64,000 nt of DNA. It comes from Antedon mediterranea. Taxonomy: Eukaryota; Animalia; Echinodermata. Each line of letters begins with the position of its first letter. Positions within the stretch are counted from its first letter, which is position 1. Below the pieces are notes generated by a model, which saw nothing but the letters and a program-made list of their open reading frames with translations, was not told the DNA's origin and did not search any database. Location: contig NC_092671.1 in NCBI RefSeq assembly GCF_964355755.1, forward strand, positions 9,362,001-9,426,000. Direction: 5' to 3'. Of this stretch, positions 26,192-38,220 are shown in pieces. The position numbers and the translations under genes are program-made.

Positions 26192-29100
26192 ATGGCAGAA
26201 AAGAGGCAACAAATCGATCTTATGCAACTCCCTTTACCTCATTTAAACCAACTAAAAGAAACATTAGAACAGGTGAGTCCATTTAGAGATATATAAACCT
26301 TAATTCAAGTTCAAAACGGTTAAAAATATTTGACTACAAATATATAATCAATGTTCTAACGTGTAGCCTACTACTAGCTACCCGGCGGTCCGGTGGGACC
26401 CACACATGTTATGATGAAGCTGCACCAGGCGGCGCCGGTGGAGGTTCCATCCAGCAGTGAGAGTGAAAGAGCCTACAACCAAACAATAAATCATACTTGG
26501 AAACAGCTTGCTTAACATGCATGCATGAATTGAAATAAATAATCTAATATTTTCAATGAATTTTTAATTACGGATGATAATGATATAATTGCATATGAAC
26601 AATTGTCAATTTCTTTTTATTTTTTACTTTACTACTGTTGTAAAACGGCCGAGAATATAACCAAACTAGCAGAAATTAGTGCAGCTTACCTGTGTTTCTG
26701 GGCTGGCCTCTTTGGAGTTCATTGCCCAGCAATTGCCAATGGTAAATACTACAGTATGCTATGGTATCTTGATATCGAACACGGTAAACACTCAGTATAC
26801 TTCCGATGCGCGGTGTCTATTATCCGTGTGTAAGCTATATCGTCAAAACCTCAAGAGAGCGATGGTCTCCTCAGGACGACACACATGTACCTGCATGAAA
26901 GTTTGTTAAAGGGTACCGGTTTTCTTATTGCGGTTACACACTTCACAGTTGGCTACATACCTTTCGATATCCCTGGACATACCATACAAAAAGAACTTTT
27001 CCTTAAGACGAAAACGGGTTCGGCCGATGCCTTGGTGTCCAGCCGAAGGGAGGTGTAGTGTAGTGTGGTGTAGTCGCAGGGCGACTAGCTGCAAATCCCT
27101 TAGCAGTACCAAAAGGCGCTCGCCAGACGTTTCGTGTTTCAGGAACAGAATGCCGTCGTCGGACAAATGAAGACGGTCTCGATTCAACCAAAAGAACTTC
27201 GTGCTCGGGCTGAAAAGGAACAGCTCAGTAGTTGAGGGGTCGTCTTTGCGCTCCAACCACCGCAGGATAGGCTGGAGATCAGCATCCTTGCATTGTTGGT
27301 CCTGGAGTTCGCTGACAGAGTACCCCCAACATCGGGCTGTCGGTGTCTCCGGCTGAATCGATGTGACCATATCTCCATCCTGTAAAATACAAATATTAGT
27401 TAATCCATTGGGGGCCCGGGTTACTTCCAAGGTCGCTCGACCACCCGGGTCCCACACAAAGCCCTCACTACCCACTCGCCTGTTGAATCTGGGAGATGGG
27501 TACGACGACATTTTGCATGCATCCTACGGCAGTAGGTGCAACCCCCACAGGGCAAGTCGTCCGGAGTGATGGCGCCGCGCTCACATCCCCCAAGACGGGA
27601 AAGTGCGTCTGCATTGGTGTGTAAACTACCCCGCCGATGCTCGACTACCATGGTATACTGGCTGAGCTCCTCCATCCAACGAGCTAGTTGTCCTTGGGCA
27701 CCCTTGAAGTTAAGGAGCCAAGTTAGACTGCTGTGGTCGGTTCTTTCCCGGAAAGGCTGGCCCAGCAGGTAGTGGCGGAAATGCCTGGTCATATACACAA
27801 TGGCCAGCAACTCCTTACGGGTTGTGCAGTAGTTGCGTTGTTCGGCGGTGAGCCGGATGCTAGCGTAGGCGATTACTCGTTCCTTACCCTCTTGCATCTG
27901 CAACAATTCACCGCCGAGGGCGTGGTCTGATGCGTCCACATCTAGTATGAATTCATCCCGGATGTTTGGTAACATCAAGACAGGAGGTTGAACCAATGCG
28001 TTCTTGAGAGATTCAAAAGCGATTCGCTGGTCCTCTCCCCACACAAATTGAACTCCCTTCTCAGTCAGACGGGACAGCTACAGTAGGTTGGCAAAGGAAT
28101 TGATGAATTCTCGGTGGTAGTTAGCCAGACCAAGAAACTGTTGCACTTCTCGCAGGTTGGTTGGCGTAGGCCAGTTCTGGATGGCTTCTACATCCGTGTC
28201 GGAAACGGTCAGAGAATTGTCGCCGACGACACGTCCAAGAAATTCTACTTTTCTCTGAAAAAAAACACACTTTTTGGGTTTTAGTTTAAGGTTAACATTC
28301 CTAAATCTTCCCAGGACAGTGGTTAAGTTATTCAGGTGATCTTCAAAGGTTTTTCCCAGCACGACGATATCGTCTAGAAATGCTAGTACGACGTCCCATA
28401 CCAAACCTCGTAGCACTAACCCCATGGCACGGGAAAACGTAGCCGGGCAGTTTGAAAGACCAAATGGCATTTTGACGAATTCATACAAACCATGCTTGGT
28501 AATGAACGCAGTTTTTTTCTGGTCCTCCTCCTTCATTGGGATCTGCCAGTATCCCCAGAGGGCGTCAAGCTTGGAGAACCAGATGTTTCCAGATAACGTA
28601 TCGATGCAGTCCCTTACTAACCGCGCAGGTTCGAACCCTGCTCGCAGCGCCAATGTTGTAAAACGGCCGAGAATATAACCAAACTAGCAGAAAGTAGTGC
28701 AGCTTACCAGTCGTTCTGAGCTGGCCTCTTTGGAGTTCATTGCCCAGCAATTGCCAATGGTAAATACTACAGTATGCTATGGTATCTTGATATCGAACAC
28801 GGTAAACACTCAGTATACTTCCGATGTGCGGTGTCTATTATCCGTGTGTAAGCTATATCGTCAAAACCTCAAGAGAGCGATGGTCTCCTCAGGACGACAC
28901 ACATGACCTCTGGTCACTCGGTGGACTGGACCATTTTATGGAGGGTATTTCACTACACTACTAGTACTGTATTACTAAATTTACTGTAAATAAATAATAT
29001 TAATTATTAAAGTTTTATAATAATAATATTATCATACATGATTTGATTATGATATGATTATGAGGAGTGTTTAATAAAAACTGACTAACTGCCACATTAT

Positions 29101-30325
29101 CAATAAAAATAACTCAATTTTATTGAAAATAAAGATAATTAAAACATTGTGGATGAGTGAAGAGAAATGTAATGTGTTTCTTAATCTTTTAGGAAGTTGA
29201 CGTTTTACAAACTTCATTGCAACAATTGAAATTAGCACAAGGAAAGTTCTTAGATTCACTTGAAAGTCTTAACAAATTCAAACCAGATAATGAAGGTAAT
29301 TTTTAAATACATATTTGTTTTCAATCTATATTTAGATTAGACCCAATGATGCCTTTAATTATTATGAAAACATTATTTCCCAATATAATCTTGGTTCCAA
29401 TACTTTAATACCTTTTTTTTTTGCAGGAAAAGATATTCTTGTTCCTCTGACAGCTTCAGTATCCTTTTAAAACATGAATACATAGTCTCTTAATACTTTA
29501 TACTGTATTAACATACAAACATTTAACAGATCTCTTACCTACTTAAAATTTATGTTATGTTTAAGCATACACAAATTACATTATACATTTTTATTAATGT
29601 TTTCCTTTTAAATACAAATCAGCTTTATGTTCCAGGGAAACTGAGCGATGTTAAAACTGTTATGATTGATATAGGCACTGGTTATTATGTAGAGAAGGTA
29701 CGCTGCATGCATAGCATTTAGTACTGTATGTCATTGCATCCATGAAAAACATCGGTTTGAGAGAGTATATAATATATCATTTAGACCATGTGACAAATGT
29801 TAGGCGAGGAGACTCGCATATTTTTATAATCCATAAGTAATATTGCACAGTAACATAACTTTCACAAATTAAACCCTTTTTTTTTACACAGTCTGTAGAT
29901 CAAGCTAAAGAATATTTTAAACGTAAAGTTGATTTCATGACCAAAAACATGGAGAAAGTACAGCCAGGCATGGCAGAAAAATTCAAACTAAAGCAAGGTA
30001 ATATTCTGTCCTTTAAATATGGTAGTGATATGCCCAAATTTAGTAGTGATTTTACATCATCATGTCCATATATGGGTACATCAAATTTTTTGTCACATAA
30101 AGTTTGATATTGTAAACAGAGCTTAATAACAGTATACAGTAACAGTATTAAAAATAACAAAGCTTTTTCAACATATTGAGTGTTGTGAAATGAATAAATG
30201 CTCTGTACTGTCTATTTATATTTTATTCCTTATTTATTTTAGCTGTGATGGAGGTTATGAACATCAAGTATCAGGCACAGTTAGCCCAAATGCAGCAGCA
30301 ACAAAGCCAAGTCGTCAAGTCATAA
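26192..30325 (+). CDS. PFDN5: Prefoldin subunit 5, 6 exons: 26192-26272, ~29193-29295, 29427-29458, 29623-29697, ~29892-29997, 30243-30325
   Basis: Spliced translation [40 protein letters not shown]...[61 protein letters not shown] matches PFDN5 ([21 protein letters not shown]). Confidence 0.95.
26636..26887 (-). repeat. 3' LTR, missing its first ~47 bp
   Basis: Matches 28654-28905 only. Confidence 0.85.
26906..28612 (-). pseudogene. Gypsy pol remnant: RT, RNase H and integrase Zn-binding domain, frameshifted
   Basis: [31 protein letters not shown] (RT); [28 protein letters not shown] (RNase H); HH..GHQG..CEVC (integrase N-terminus); split over three frames. Confidence 0.9.
28654..28952 (-). 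repeat. 5' LTR (~299 bp)
   Basis: Near-identical to 26636-26887; TG/CA termini; adjacent to the PBS. Confidence 0.85.
29459..29622 (+). other. U12-type (minor spliceosome) GT-AG intron in PFDN5
   Basis: 5' splice site GTATCCTTTT; branch-like TTTCCTTTTAA close to the AG; frame is preserved. Confidence 0.8.
30014..30123. mobile_element. MITE family 1, left end truncated
   Basis: ATATGGTAGTGATATGCCCAAA...AAGTTTGATATTGTAAACAGAGCT. Confidence 0.7.
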
Positions 30326-32382
30326 TTATACCACATGTACAAACACACCAGCACAGGTGTTTTCTTACTGTAAACCCCTTTTCATGGCCTTTATTTTTGC
30401 AGTGAAAAATCAAAATCAACACAGATAATTAATTAGATAATATCCTTTTAATCTAAAGTAAAAAAACATTTGGTTTAGAAAAATTGCAAATATTTTAGCC
30501 CCCAAAATATTGGGAAAACACGAAGCGTGTTGAACATAAAGGAATATCTCATTGTTGTATTACATTCAATGTTTGAGTTTCATTGACACTATGTTCACCA
30601 AGCATAATATTAATAGAATGTTTGGAGCACCAAAGAATTGATATAGATATTGAGAAACAGAAATGCAAACACAATCATTTCATATTAGTGATTGTGCATT
30701 GGTTTTACTTATGTGTGTGTATAATCTAACCACCAGATTATACTTTCGTGTAAAACGATTTAATATAGTATAATATTTTACGCACTATCATCATTTTCCT
30801 AGTGATTATGTGATACAAGCCAATTGCTTGTGTGTGTATGCAAGAGCAAGCCCAGCTGAAAATAATGAGACTATCTCGCTGTTATTTTCTGATTTCTACT
30901 CCTCCCAAATAAAGACAATTGTTATCATTGTAAACAATTTTTTGCCTACCATTGCTGCTTGGTACTGTATAAAGCCAACCTGAATAGATGGTAAATTAGT
31001 ACTGTACTTGACAAAAGGAGAAAAGCTACAGTTTCGCTAATAAGATTAACCACCAAGAATTGAATTTTTTTACAAATTTCAACATGATGATACAGTGCAT
31101 GTTTGTTTTGCATCAATCAATTTTATAGAGTATGATTTTTTTTTTTACAATTAGATGGTTGTAGTGCAGCTTCTAGACGATTCTTTCAAATAGCAATGTT
31201 CCGTTCCAGTTTATAATGATTTTAAAGCATGCTATGCTTCTCATTGCACTGGAATTATTTGATAATAAACTTTTATGTGATTCCATTAGTTTATCCTTGA
31301 TATTTTCTATATTTAAGCTACAATTTTTTATTTTATATGTATGAATTGTAGGGTTGCAATAAATCTCGACATTTTGGGAAAACATTTGTCAATGGTTATT
31401 GTGTTAAATTGTTCAAATGTAATAAAGCATTAAGTGCATATAGAGACTAATAATCCCAATATTAATATGTTCATGTAAAATTTATCTTTTGTCTGAATAA
31501 ATAATAATCAGCTTGTGAAATAAATCAGTCGCCACTTCAAGGCTTCCGTAGTTTTACCAAAGATTGTGTAGGCGGCGCTATACAATTTTTGGTTTTACGT
31601 CTGGATACGAAAGACTACTTGTATAATCAGTGGCAAATTTGAAAACATTGCAGATGACGGAAAAAGTGATCCTTTTGTTTTGAATATCACGGGTTTCTAT
31701 AAAGAATTAATAATTTGTGAGTATTTTGTAAAGTATTAATGTTTTTATACAACTAATAATTGGACGGTTTCAACTAACAAAAGCAGGTGTTCGTAGTCAA
31801 AGCTAGGCTAGGGCTAGGTAGGCTGGCCGGCTGGACAGGACGAGTGAGTGAGTTTATGATTCGCCGGGCGGGGCTGCTATCTATCCGTCCGTATATATGC
31901 CGGCTGGTTACTCGATCACGGCGCGGCGGCGTGGGTGTAGGCCTAGTCATTTACTATTCATTTTAAGCTAGATTAAGTCTTTTATTTTATTATTAAAAAT
32001 GATTTGATATATATATAATGCCAGGGTATTTAATTAATTTTAAATATATAATTAATTAATAATAATTAATATTAATAATTTAGTTTTAATTAATAAATAT
32101 TGATATTTCATCATTTCCACAATCCACGGAGTACTCCATGTTTTCATCAACAAAACATTATTCAAAACAACTTACCATTGCCAGAATTATTGCCAATTTA
32201 ATCATGTTTGTAAAAGAAATCCAGTAGAGTTGGTCTTGTGATTAGGTTAGGTAGGAGGGGGTCTTACTCTTTAGAAATCCCAGATTATTAGTTCGGGATT
32301 GAAGAGTCAAATGTTATTTTAAACTGCTATTTTACAGCGAATAAGGAACTTTTCACTTTTTATGTTTTAGAAATTTTACAGG

Positions 32383-35300
32383 ATGTCTTCAACTGAAGAA
32401 GATAGTGTGACACCAATTATTCCTTCTGATTCTGCTGGAAGCTCTGTTTCTGAAGACCTAATGGATGAATATCATGAACTGTTAAAATATGCTGTTGTTA
32501 CCCCACATTTTAACCCAGACCAACTGCCAAAGACCATTGCAGAGGCGGTGAATGCCTTTCAGAAGAAAGACAATGATGCGGCATTGTATGTTGATGAGAA
32601 TTCGGAAAGTAAGTGGTGAAAACGCCTTTAACGTTTAAAACATATTGTTCAGAATTTCACCACATTGATAATTGTTTTTTATTGTACAGTTATTAGAATG
32701 AACAAGATATTTTAACTTTCCAATATCATGATTCAAATTGTATTAGCCTAATGTTGATAATTGAATGCAACAAAATGCATTAGTGCAACTAAAGATGTCC
32801 TTCTAACTCTAAATAAATACCATAGATCCTTAAAGTAATGACAAAACAGAAACCCAGTCTTTATAGATAAATATTAATTTGAGAGATTCGTGAATTCAAA
32901 AAGAAAAATATGTTTTAAAAATCTAGGTAGTTCAGAACACAGCTCAACATCTACCATTGCTGGGGACAGTGACCATTCCAGCAGGAAAGCACCAGTTTTG
33001 AAAGAATATCGAACACAACAAAACATGGAAGGCACCCCACATGGACGTCCCTCAACATCGGCACACAAGCAAACTGGTCAGTACCTCTAGACGATCATCA
33101 ATTCAGTTTATTCTATTTACACAAGCTTACTTCATCCATGCTGTGCTGCAAGTTGTAGTTATTTATTGGTAATTTGTTTATAAATTTGTCTGAGTTTTAC
33201 TTAATATTTTGCTGTAATGTTTGCAGATAATGGGTATTCCTCTACTCAAATACCATCATGGTCAAGCCCCAATGGTAATCAGGATTTATCAACAGAAGAG
33301 GAAAGTGTCGCCACCCCTGGCTCTACAGATTCTAACAGTGCTGTTAGTACCCCTAGGACCCCATCTATTGATCCAGATCTAGCAAGAATGGAGGCAGAGC
33401 TTGATGGTTGGAGCCTTGGACTTAAACGCCAGGTTTTGGTGTGTATTATTCATTGAATTATTAATTTATTTTTCAAAAGGATATTACATTGGTGCCAAAT
33501 ATATGTTGGCTTTTGAACACTGCCTCTATTTTTGAATTTTTTTTCTACAGGCTGAGCTTAGTCAAGCCAAATTAAAACTTCTACACAAACATCGGCAAAG
33601 TATTCAGTCTGAGAAAAACAGGTAGGCCTATATAAATATCTTAGAAATTATTTTATAGTATGCATGCCTAGGATATAGAACCGGCAATACAAATCTAATT
33701 GTGGATGGCATACAAAAATATGATTCTGCTCTCTGATTGGTCACTGATAATGATAATTTTTCAGACATGCTCAGGAGGTAAACCAATTAAAAGATGAGAT
33801 GTCCAGATTACAGGAGTTAATACATACTTACCAAAAGTCTACGGAACGTAAAGATGGTGTCATCACTAACCTTACCAATGCAATGCAGAAGCAAAAACAA
33901 CGTTTTGAGATGCTAAAGAAGTTTAATTCATGGAAACTAAGACATAGTGAAGATAGACGGGAAGTAGGTTTTAAGAAATTAATATTATACTTTTTGGTGT
34001 GTGTTTCTTCCACAGTCTCAAATGGGATATTATAGAGAAGAATAATCATAGAAATAAAAGAGCAATTCATCTGTTGTACAGCATTTTGTTACTCAAAAGG
34101 GATCATGTCAAAATTAGAATTATCGCAGTAACTAATTTTGTTTAGTAATTACAATTACTGTCAGTATAATGCAATTACAGTATTTAGCACATCCTTTTTT
34201 GTTTATTAATTGTATTCACTGTATATTGCAGGTACTGCTGCATATCAATTTAAAATGAAACTAACAAGCACGAATGTGCAATACTCGGGGTACAGCGAAA
34301 GAAGCTGTATACAGACGTATACAGTTAGAAAGTAAAGAAAATAGGTTTCGCCAGGGCTCGAACCGGGACCTTCTGCGTGTTAAGCAGACTTGACAACCAC
34401 TACACTACGAAACCTCTTACATTAAAAATGTGGGTTACAGAAAGTTTTTTAATCCATTTAAATTACAAATAAATGGTAATAAGCACAAAGCAAAATAAAC
34501 ATGTGTAAAAGTGATAATTACCGATTACACAAAATAAGTATTTTAAAAAATAATAAAAATAAGATATACTCTGTATAATTATCATATTGCGTATACAGTA
34601 CTTTTCACCATAAATTAAAAAAAAAAAGGTTTCGTCCGGGCTCGAACCAGGTACCTTCTGCGTGTTAAGCAAACGTGATAACCACTACGCCAAGAATCCG
34701 CATATAACCATATAACTACATAACGCTGTGGTGTGTGTCACACATTGTGGCTTCTTAATTAAACAAATTAATTAACAAAAAATTAAAAATCCGGCTCTAT
34801 AACTTTGAGGACATGTCCCTGTAGTATGTTCATGCCAAATCCCAGCTCAATACTATAACGAATAAGGGAGGAGTAGTACTTTAAAAATCGCACTTTTTAC
34901 TCAATAGTGTCCAGATGGAGGAAGAGAAGGAGAAAATGAGTAAGTACTAGACTCGGGTACCCCGAGTAAAAATCATACATTACTGCAGTAAAAAGAAAGT
35001 AGTTGCTGCAGTAACTGCAGTAGAATATGATTATCCCTATTGTATCCATTAAAAACAAAAACTGTTTAGGTATTCACAGGATCCTTGGCCCACAAACACC
35101 ACCAACGACAGTTGATGCAGAAGGTTTGGGCTGGCTGGAGAGGGATCATTGAGGCGAAATGGAAGCAACGAGTGGAGAAAGCATGTCAAGCCAAAGCACA
35201 GGAAGTCTGTATGACGCTAACCAATGATTATGAGGCTAGAGTAGCATCGGTAATACTCTTAATATTTACACTTGATCATCTAGTGTTTAATTTAAACTCT

Positions 35301-37445
35301 TTGTTCTTAAGGTCTGTCTACACTATCAAACTTTATGTGACAAAAAAAGTGTGAAGCGCCCAAATATGGTAATAATGATATGACATCATGTCCATATGGG
35401 CACATCACAAAGTTTGATAGTGTAGACAGAGCTTTACTGTTTATAAATTGACAAAAATCTACACTATCAAACTAGTTTGACAAATATGGTGTGATATGAC
35501 ATCATCATGTCCATATATGGGCACATCACATAAAGTTTGATAGTGTAGACAGAGCTTAACACTGTATTTTATTTATTTAATTAAGGTGAATGAAGCTTTG
35601 GAAGCATCAAGACAAGAGGTTGCTAAACTACATGCTGAGCGGGAGCATTACGAAGAAGCGATGAAGAAAGCGTTCATGCGTGGTGTGTGTGCCCTCAACA
35701 TGGAGGCTATGTCAATGTTTCACCAGGCTGATGAAGGTAACATTCTGTTTTGTACTGAAAATTATTGGTAACCAATACATTTTTAATTGCCTCTAATAAT
35801 TTCATTGTATTTCCATTGTTTTGTGGGGTACATATATTCTGAAACATATATGTAATATAGCAGAACATCTCGTTTGGGACACCTCTATTCAGCGGACACG
35901 CCTGTTAAGAGAACACTTTCCAGTGAAACAAACGAGGATATTATGTTTTCACAGCTCACCTCTGGGAACACAACTATTAAGGGGACACTTTGTTGTGTTC
36001 TGAAGATATCCCCATTATAGCTGTTACAATATAATTTTGTATGTAAATGGAATGAAAGTATTATTTAACAGTATGATACATATTGTTTATCAGTGACATA
36101 CATTGTAGAAAATATTTTCCTCATTAGATGGAGATACAGCTCAACAAATGCCCTATCCAGCAATGCAACCACCAGCAAGAGAGCAGGAAAGAAGCCATAA
36201 GCAACCAGTATCTAATCATGCAAGCCGACACCCTGTTGACCCAACAACGCACAGAATTGACTCAATATCACATAGAGGAATTGACCCTACCAATGCACAA
36301 AGAGTGGTTCATAATTATCCTGCTTCTGGTGTAAGAGGGGTAAGAAAAATAGATTACATAAATATATAATAGATCGATATTGAAGTCATGATTTATCTTG
36401 AATGCATCGATTTTATAAAACATTCCTGTTTTTTTTTATTTCTTTGACAGTGATTGTAACATTATTTTTCTTTAAGCTCTGTCTACACCATTAAACTTTG
36501 TGACAAAAAAATGTGATGTGCCCATATATGGACATGATATCATATCACTACCATATTTGGGCACATCACACTGGTTTGATAGTATGGACAGAGTTTTACA
36601 GTCAGATCAAGAATAGGTGAACGTATTTGAACAAGTGTATTTGTTAATCATTGTTGTATCCATTACAACACTGAAATACCTTAATCCTATTTATTTTAGG
36701 GGAAATCTGGTTTGACATCAAAGCCTGGATCAAAATCTCGTTCCTTGATTACAAGGGTAACCGGTAAAGATTCAATCTCACGGGCTGGATTAGCGCCAAC
36801 CAAAGCGTCAGTTGTTGTTGAAAGACACACCCCCATAAGCCAGGTAAGAGCTATCGTGTATGTTGCTTTTCTATAAAGCTATTACTATTTATAATGTAGA
36901 CATTCCAGAAATTGTCACAGAAAGGGGTATAGGTATAAACACAAAATATGTAATAAATAAATAAGTCCTCTTAAACACACCTTCAAGTCTGAATGTGACA
37001 AATTCTGATCGTGTCAGAAAGAAAAAATGTATATTATAGTAGTAACAATACTTAAATGATGAATTTAGAAGAAGGTACAAACTAAAAATTACATAGAGTA
37101 TACATTCCAGAAATGTTCACATAGATAGGGGTATAGGTATAAAAAAAATTGTATGAATAATAACATTCATAAAGAATATTTAACATTCAGAATTGAATAA
37201 ATGTTGTGCTGTGTTGATTTCAATTACATTATGTTTGGATGCAAATAATTTATGGTTATATGATGGGTGGGCATGTGGAAGATGCGCCCCATGATAGTAT
37301 TTATCAAAATTCTACAATATAGGTATTTAATATAGAATTCAAAGCTACAAATTAATTGTATTTATTTCTATTGCAGCAAACTATTGGGCATGCTCAAGCA
37401 AGTCGCCACTCTGTTCGCTCATCATCGGTGCCTAGCAGAACATAG
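32383..37445 (+). CDS. POC5: Centrosomal protein POC5, ~10 coding exons; last exon 37377-37445; probable non-coding exon ending ~31716
   Basis: N-terminus GSSVSEDLMDEYHELLKYAVVTP; ERKDGVITNL; VWAGWRGII...RVEKACQAKAQEVC; YEEAMKKAFMRGVCALNMEAM; C-terminal VVVERHTPISQ-QTI, all POC5-like motifs. Confidence 0.92.
34344..34414 (-). pseudogene. tRNA-Val(AAC)-like sequence, probably a pseudogene
   Basis: GGTTTCGTAGTGTAGTGGTTGTCAAGTCTGCTTAACACGCAGAAGGTCCCGGTTCGAGCCCTGGCGAAACC: acceptor and anticodon stems intact, D and T arms disrupted. Confidence 0.75.
34628..34699 (-). pseudogene. tRNA-Val(AAC)-like sequence, probably a pseudogene, followed by a T run
   Basis: GGATTCTTGGCGTAGTGGTTATCACGTTTGCTTAACACGCAGAAGGTACCTGGTTCGAGCCCGGACGAAACC then poly-T; acceptor stem has mismatches. 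Confidence 0.75.
35310..35556. mobile_element. Two adjacent MITE family 1 copies (35310-35433, ~35457-35556)
   Basis: Two TIR pairs, each ending GATAGTGTAGACAGAGCT. Confidence 0.8.
36475..36595. mobile_element. MITE family 1
   Basis: AGCTCTGTCTACAC...GATAGTATGGACAGAGTT. Confidence 0.75.
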
Positions 37446-37735
37446 TAATCTATACAATGTTTATAAAAGTCTACTGGTAGTAGCTGTGGTCAATCTACCT
37501 TGTCACATGAATATGGTTTATTTAAGCCGAGACCAAAATGAACATGTGTACAATAACATTGTGTTAAAATACGTATTTTTAAAACTTGTAAATATTTATT
37601 AACTGTGAACAGTAGTCATTTTTGAATAAATCTTACATGCTGTGAAAATTATCAATTGTTTTTTCTAAATATTGAGGTCTGTAACATTGCTATAGAATGG
37701 GTTTTAATACTCAAATAAGTGTCACTACAAACTAA

Positions 37736-37881
37736 AGTTCTGTCTACACTATCAAACTAGTTTGACCAAAAAAGTATGGTAGTGATGTACCCAAATATGG
37801 TAGTGATATGACATCATCAAGTCTGTCCATATGCTGGCACATCACATTCTTGTCACAAAATTTGATATTGTAGACAGAGCT
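37736..37881. mobile_element. MITE family 1, between the convergent 3' ends of POC5 and TMEM161
   Basis: AGTTCTGTCTACACTATCAAA...TTTGATATTGTAGACAGAGCT. Confidence 0.8.
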
Positions 37882-38220
37882 TAAGGAATGGTCGTCTAAA
37901 TGTTTCTTCGTACTCAATCACTTAGATTACAATAATATTTCTAATTTATAGAACAGTACTGTATTTTCATAATTTCAATTGACAATAAAATAAGAACATT
38001 TTCAACTTTTATTTAATTAAAATTTCACATCAAACAATAAAAAACCCACTCGGTTATTACGCACAGTATCGCACAACAATCTGTCAAAGCCATTATGCCT
38101 ATATCCCAGAATTTTCTCTAAAACATTCAAAGGTCAACAACGGGTGTATTAACCTCATCAATAGAAATAGTGTGCATAGAAAACATGGAAACCTCTTTAA
38201 ATAAAGCAGACAACAGCAAT

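Larger units (their letters stand above)
26636..28952 (-). mobile_element. Ty3/Gypsy LTR retrotransposon, internally deleted, in PFDN5 intron 1 (antisense)
   Basis: Direct repeats 28654-28952 (TG...CA) and 26636-26887 (partial); 4-bp TSD CTAC (26632-26635, 28953-28956); PBS at 28652-28621; pol fragments between the repeats. Confidence 0.92.
34263..34972 (+). mobile_element. Helentron/HINE-like non-autonomous element in a POC5 intron, containing two tRNA-Val pseudogenes
   Basis: AACAAG start; imperfect subterminal inverted repeats GTGCAATACTC (34276) and GAGTAAGTAC (34938); 3' hairpin ACTCGGG-TAC-CCCGAGT followed by AAAAA. Confidence 0.5.

Noticed and set aside
26603-26909. Short ORFs repeated at 28697-28906
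   Set aside because: Chance ORFs within the two LTR copies
28621-28652. tRNA-like GGTTCGAACCC...CCA as a tRNA gene
   Set aside because: Only the 3' end is present, with encoded CCA and adjacent to an LTR, so it is a primer-binding site
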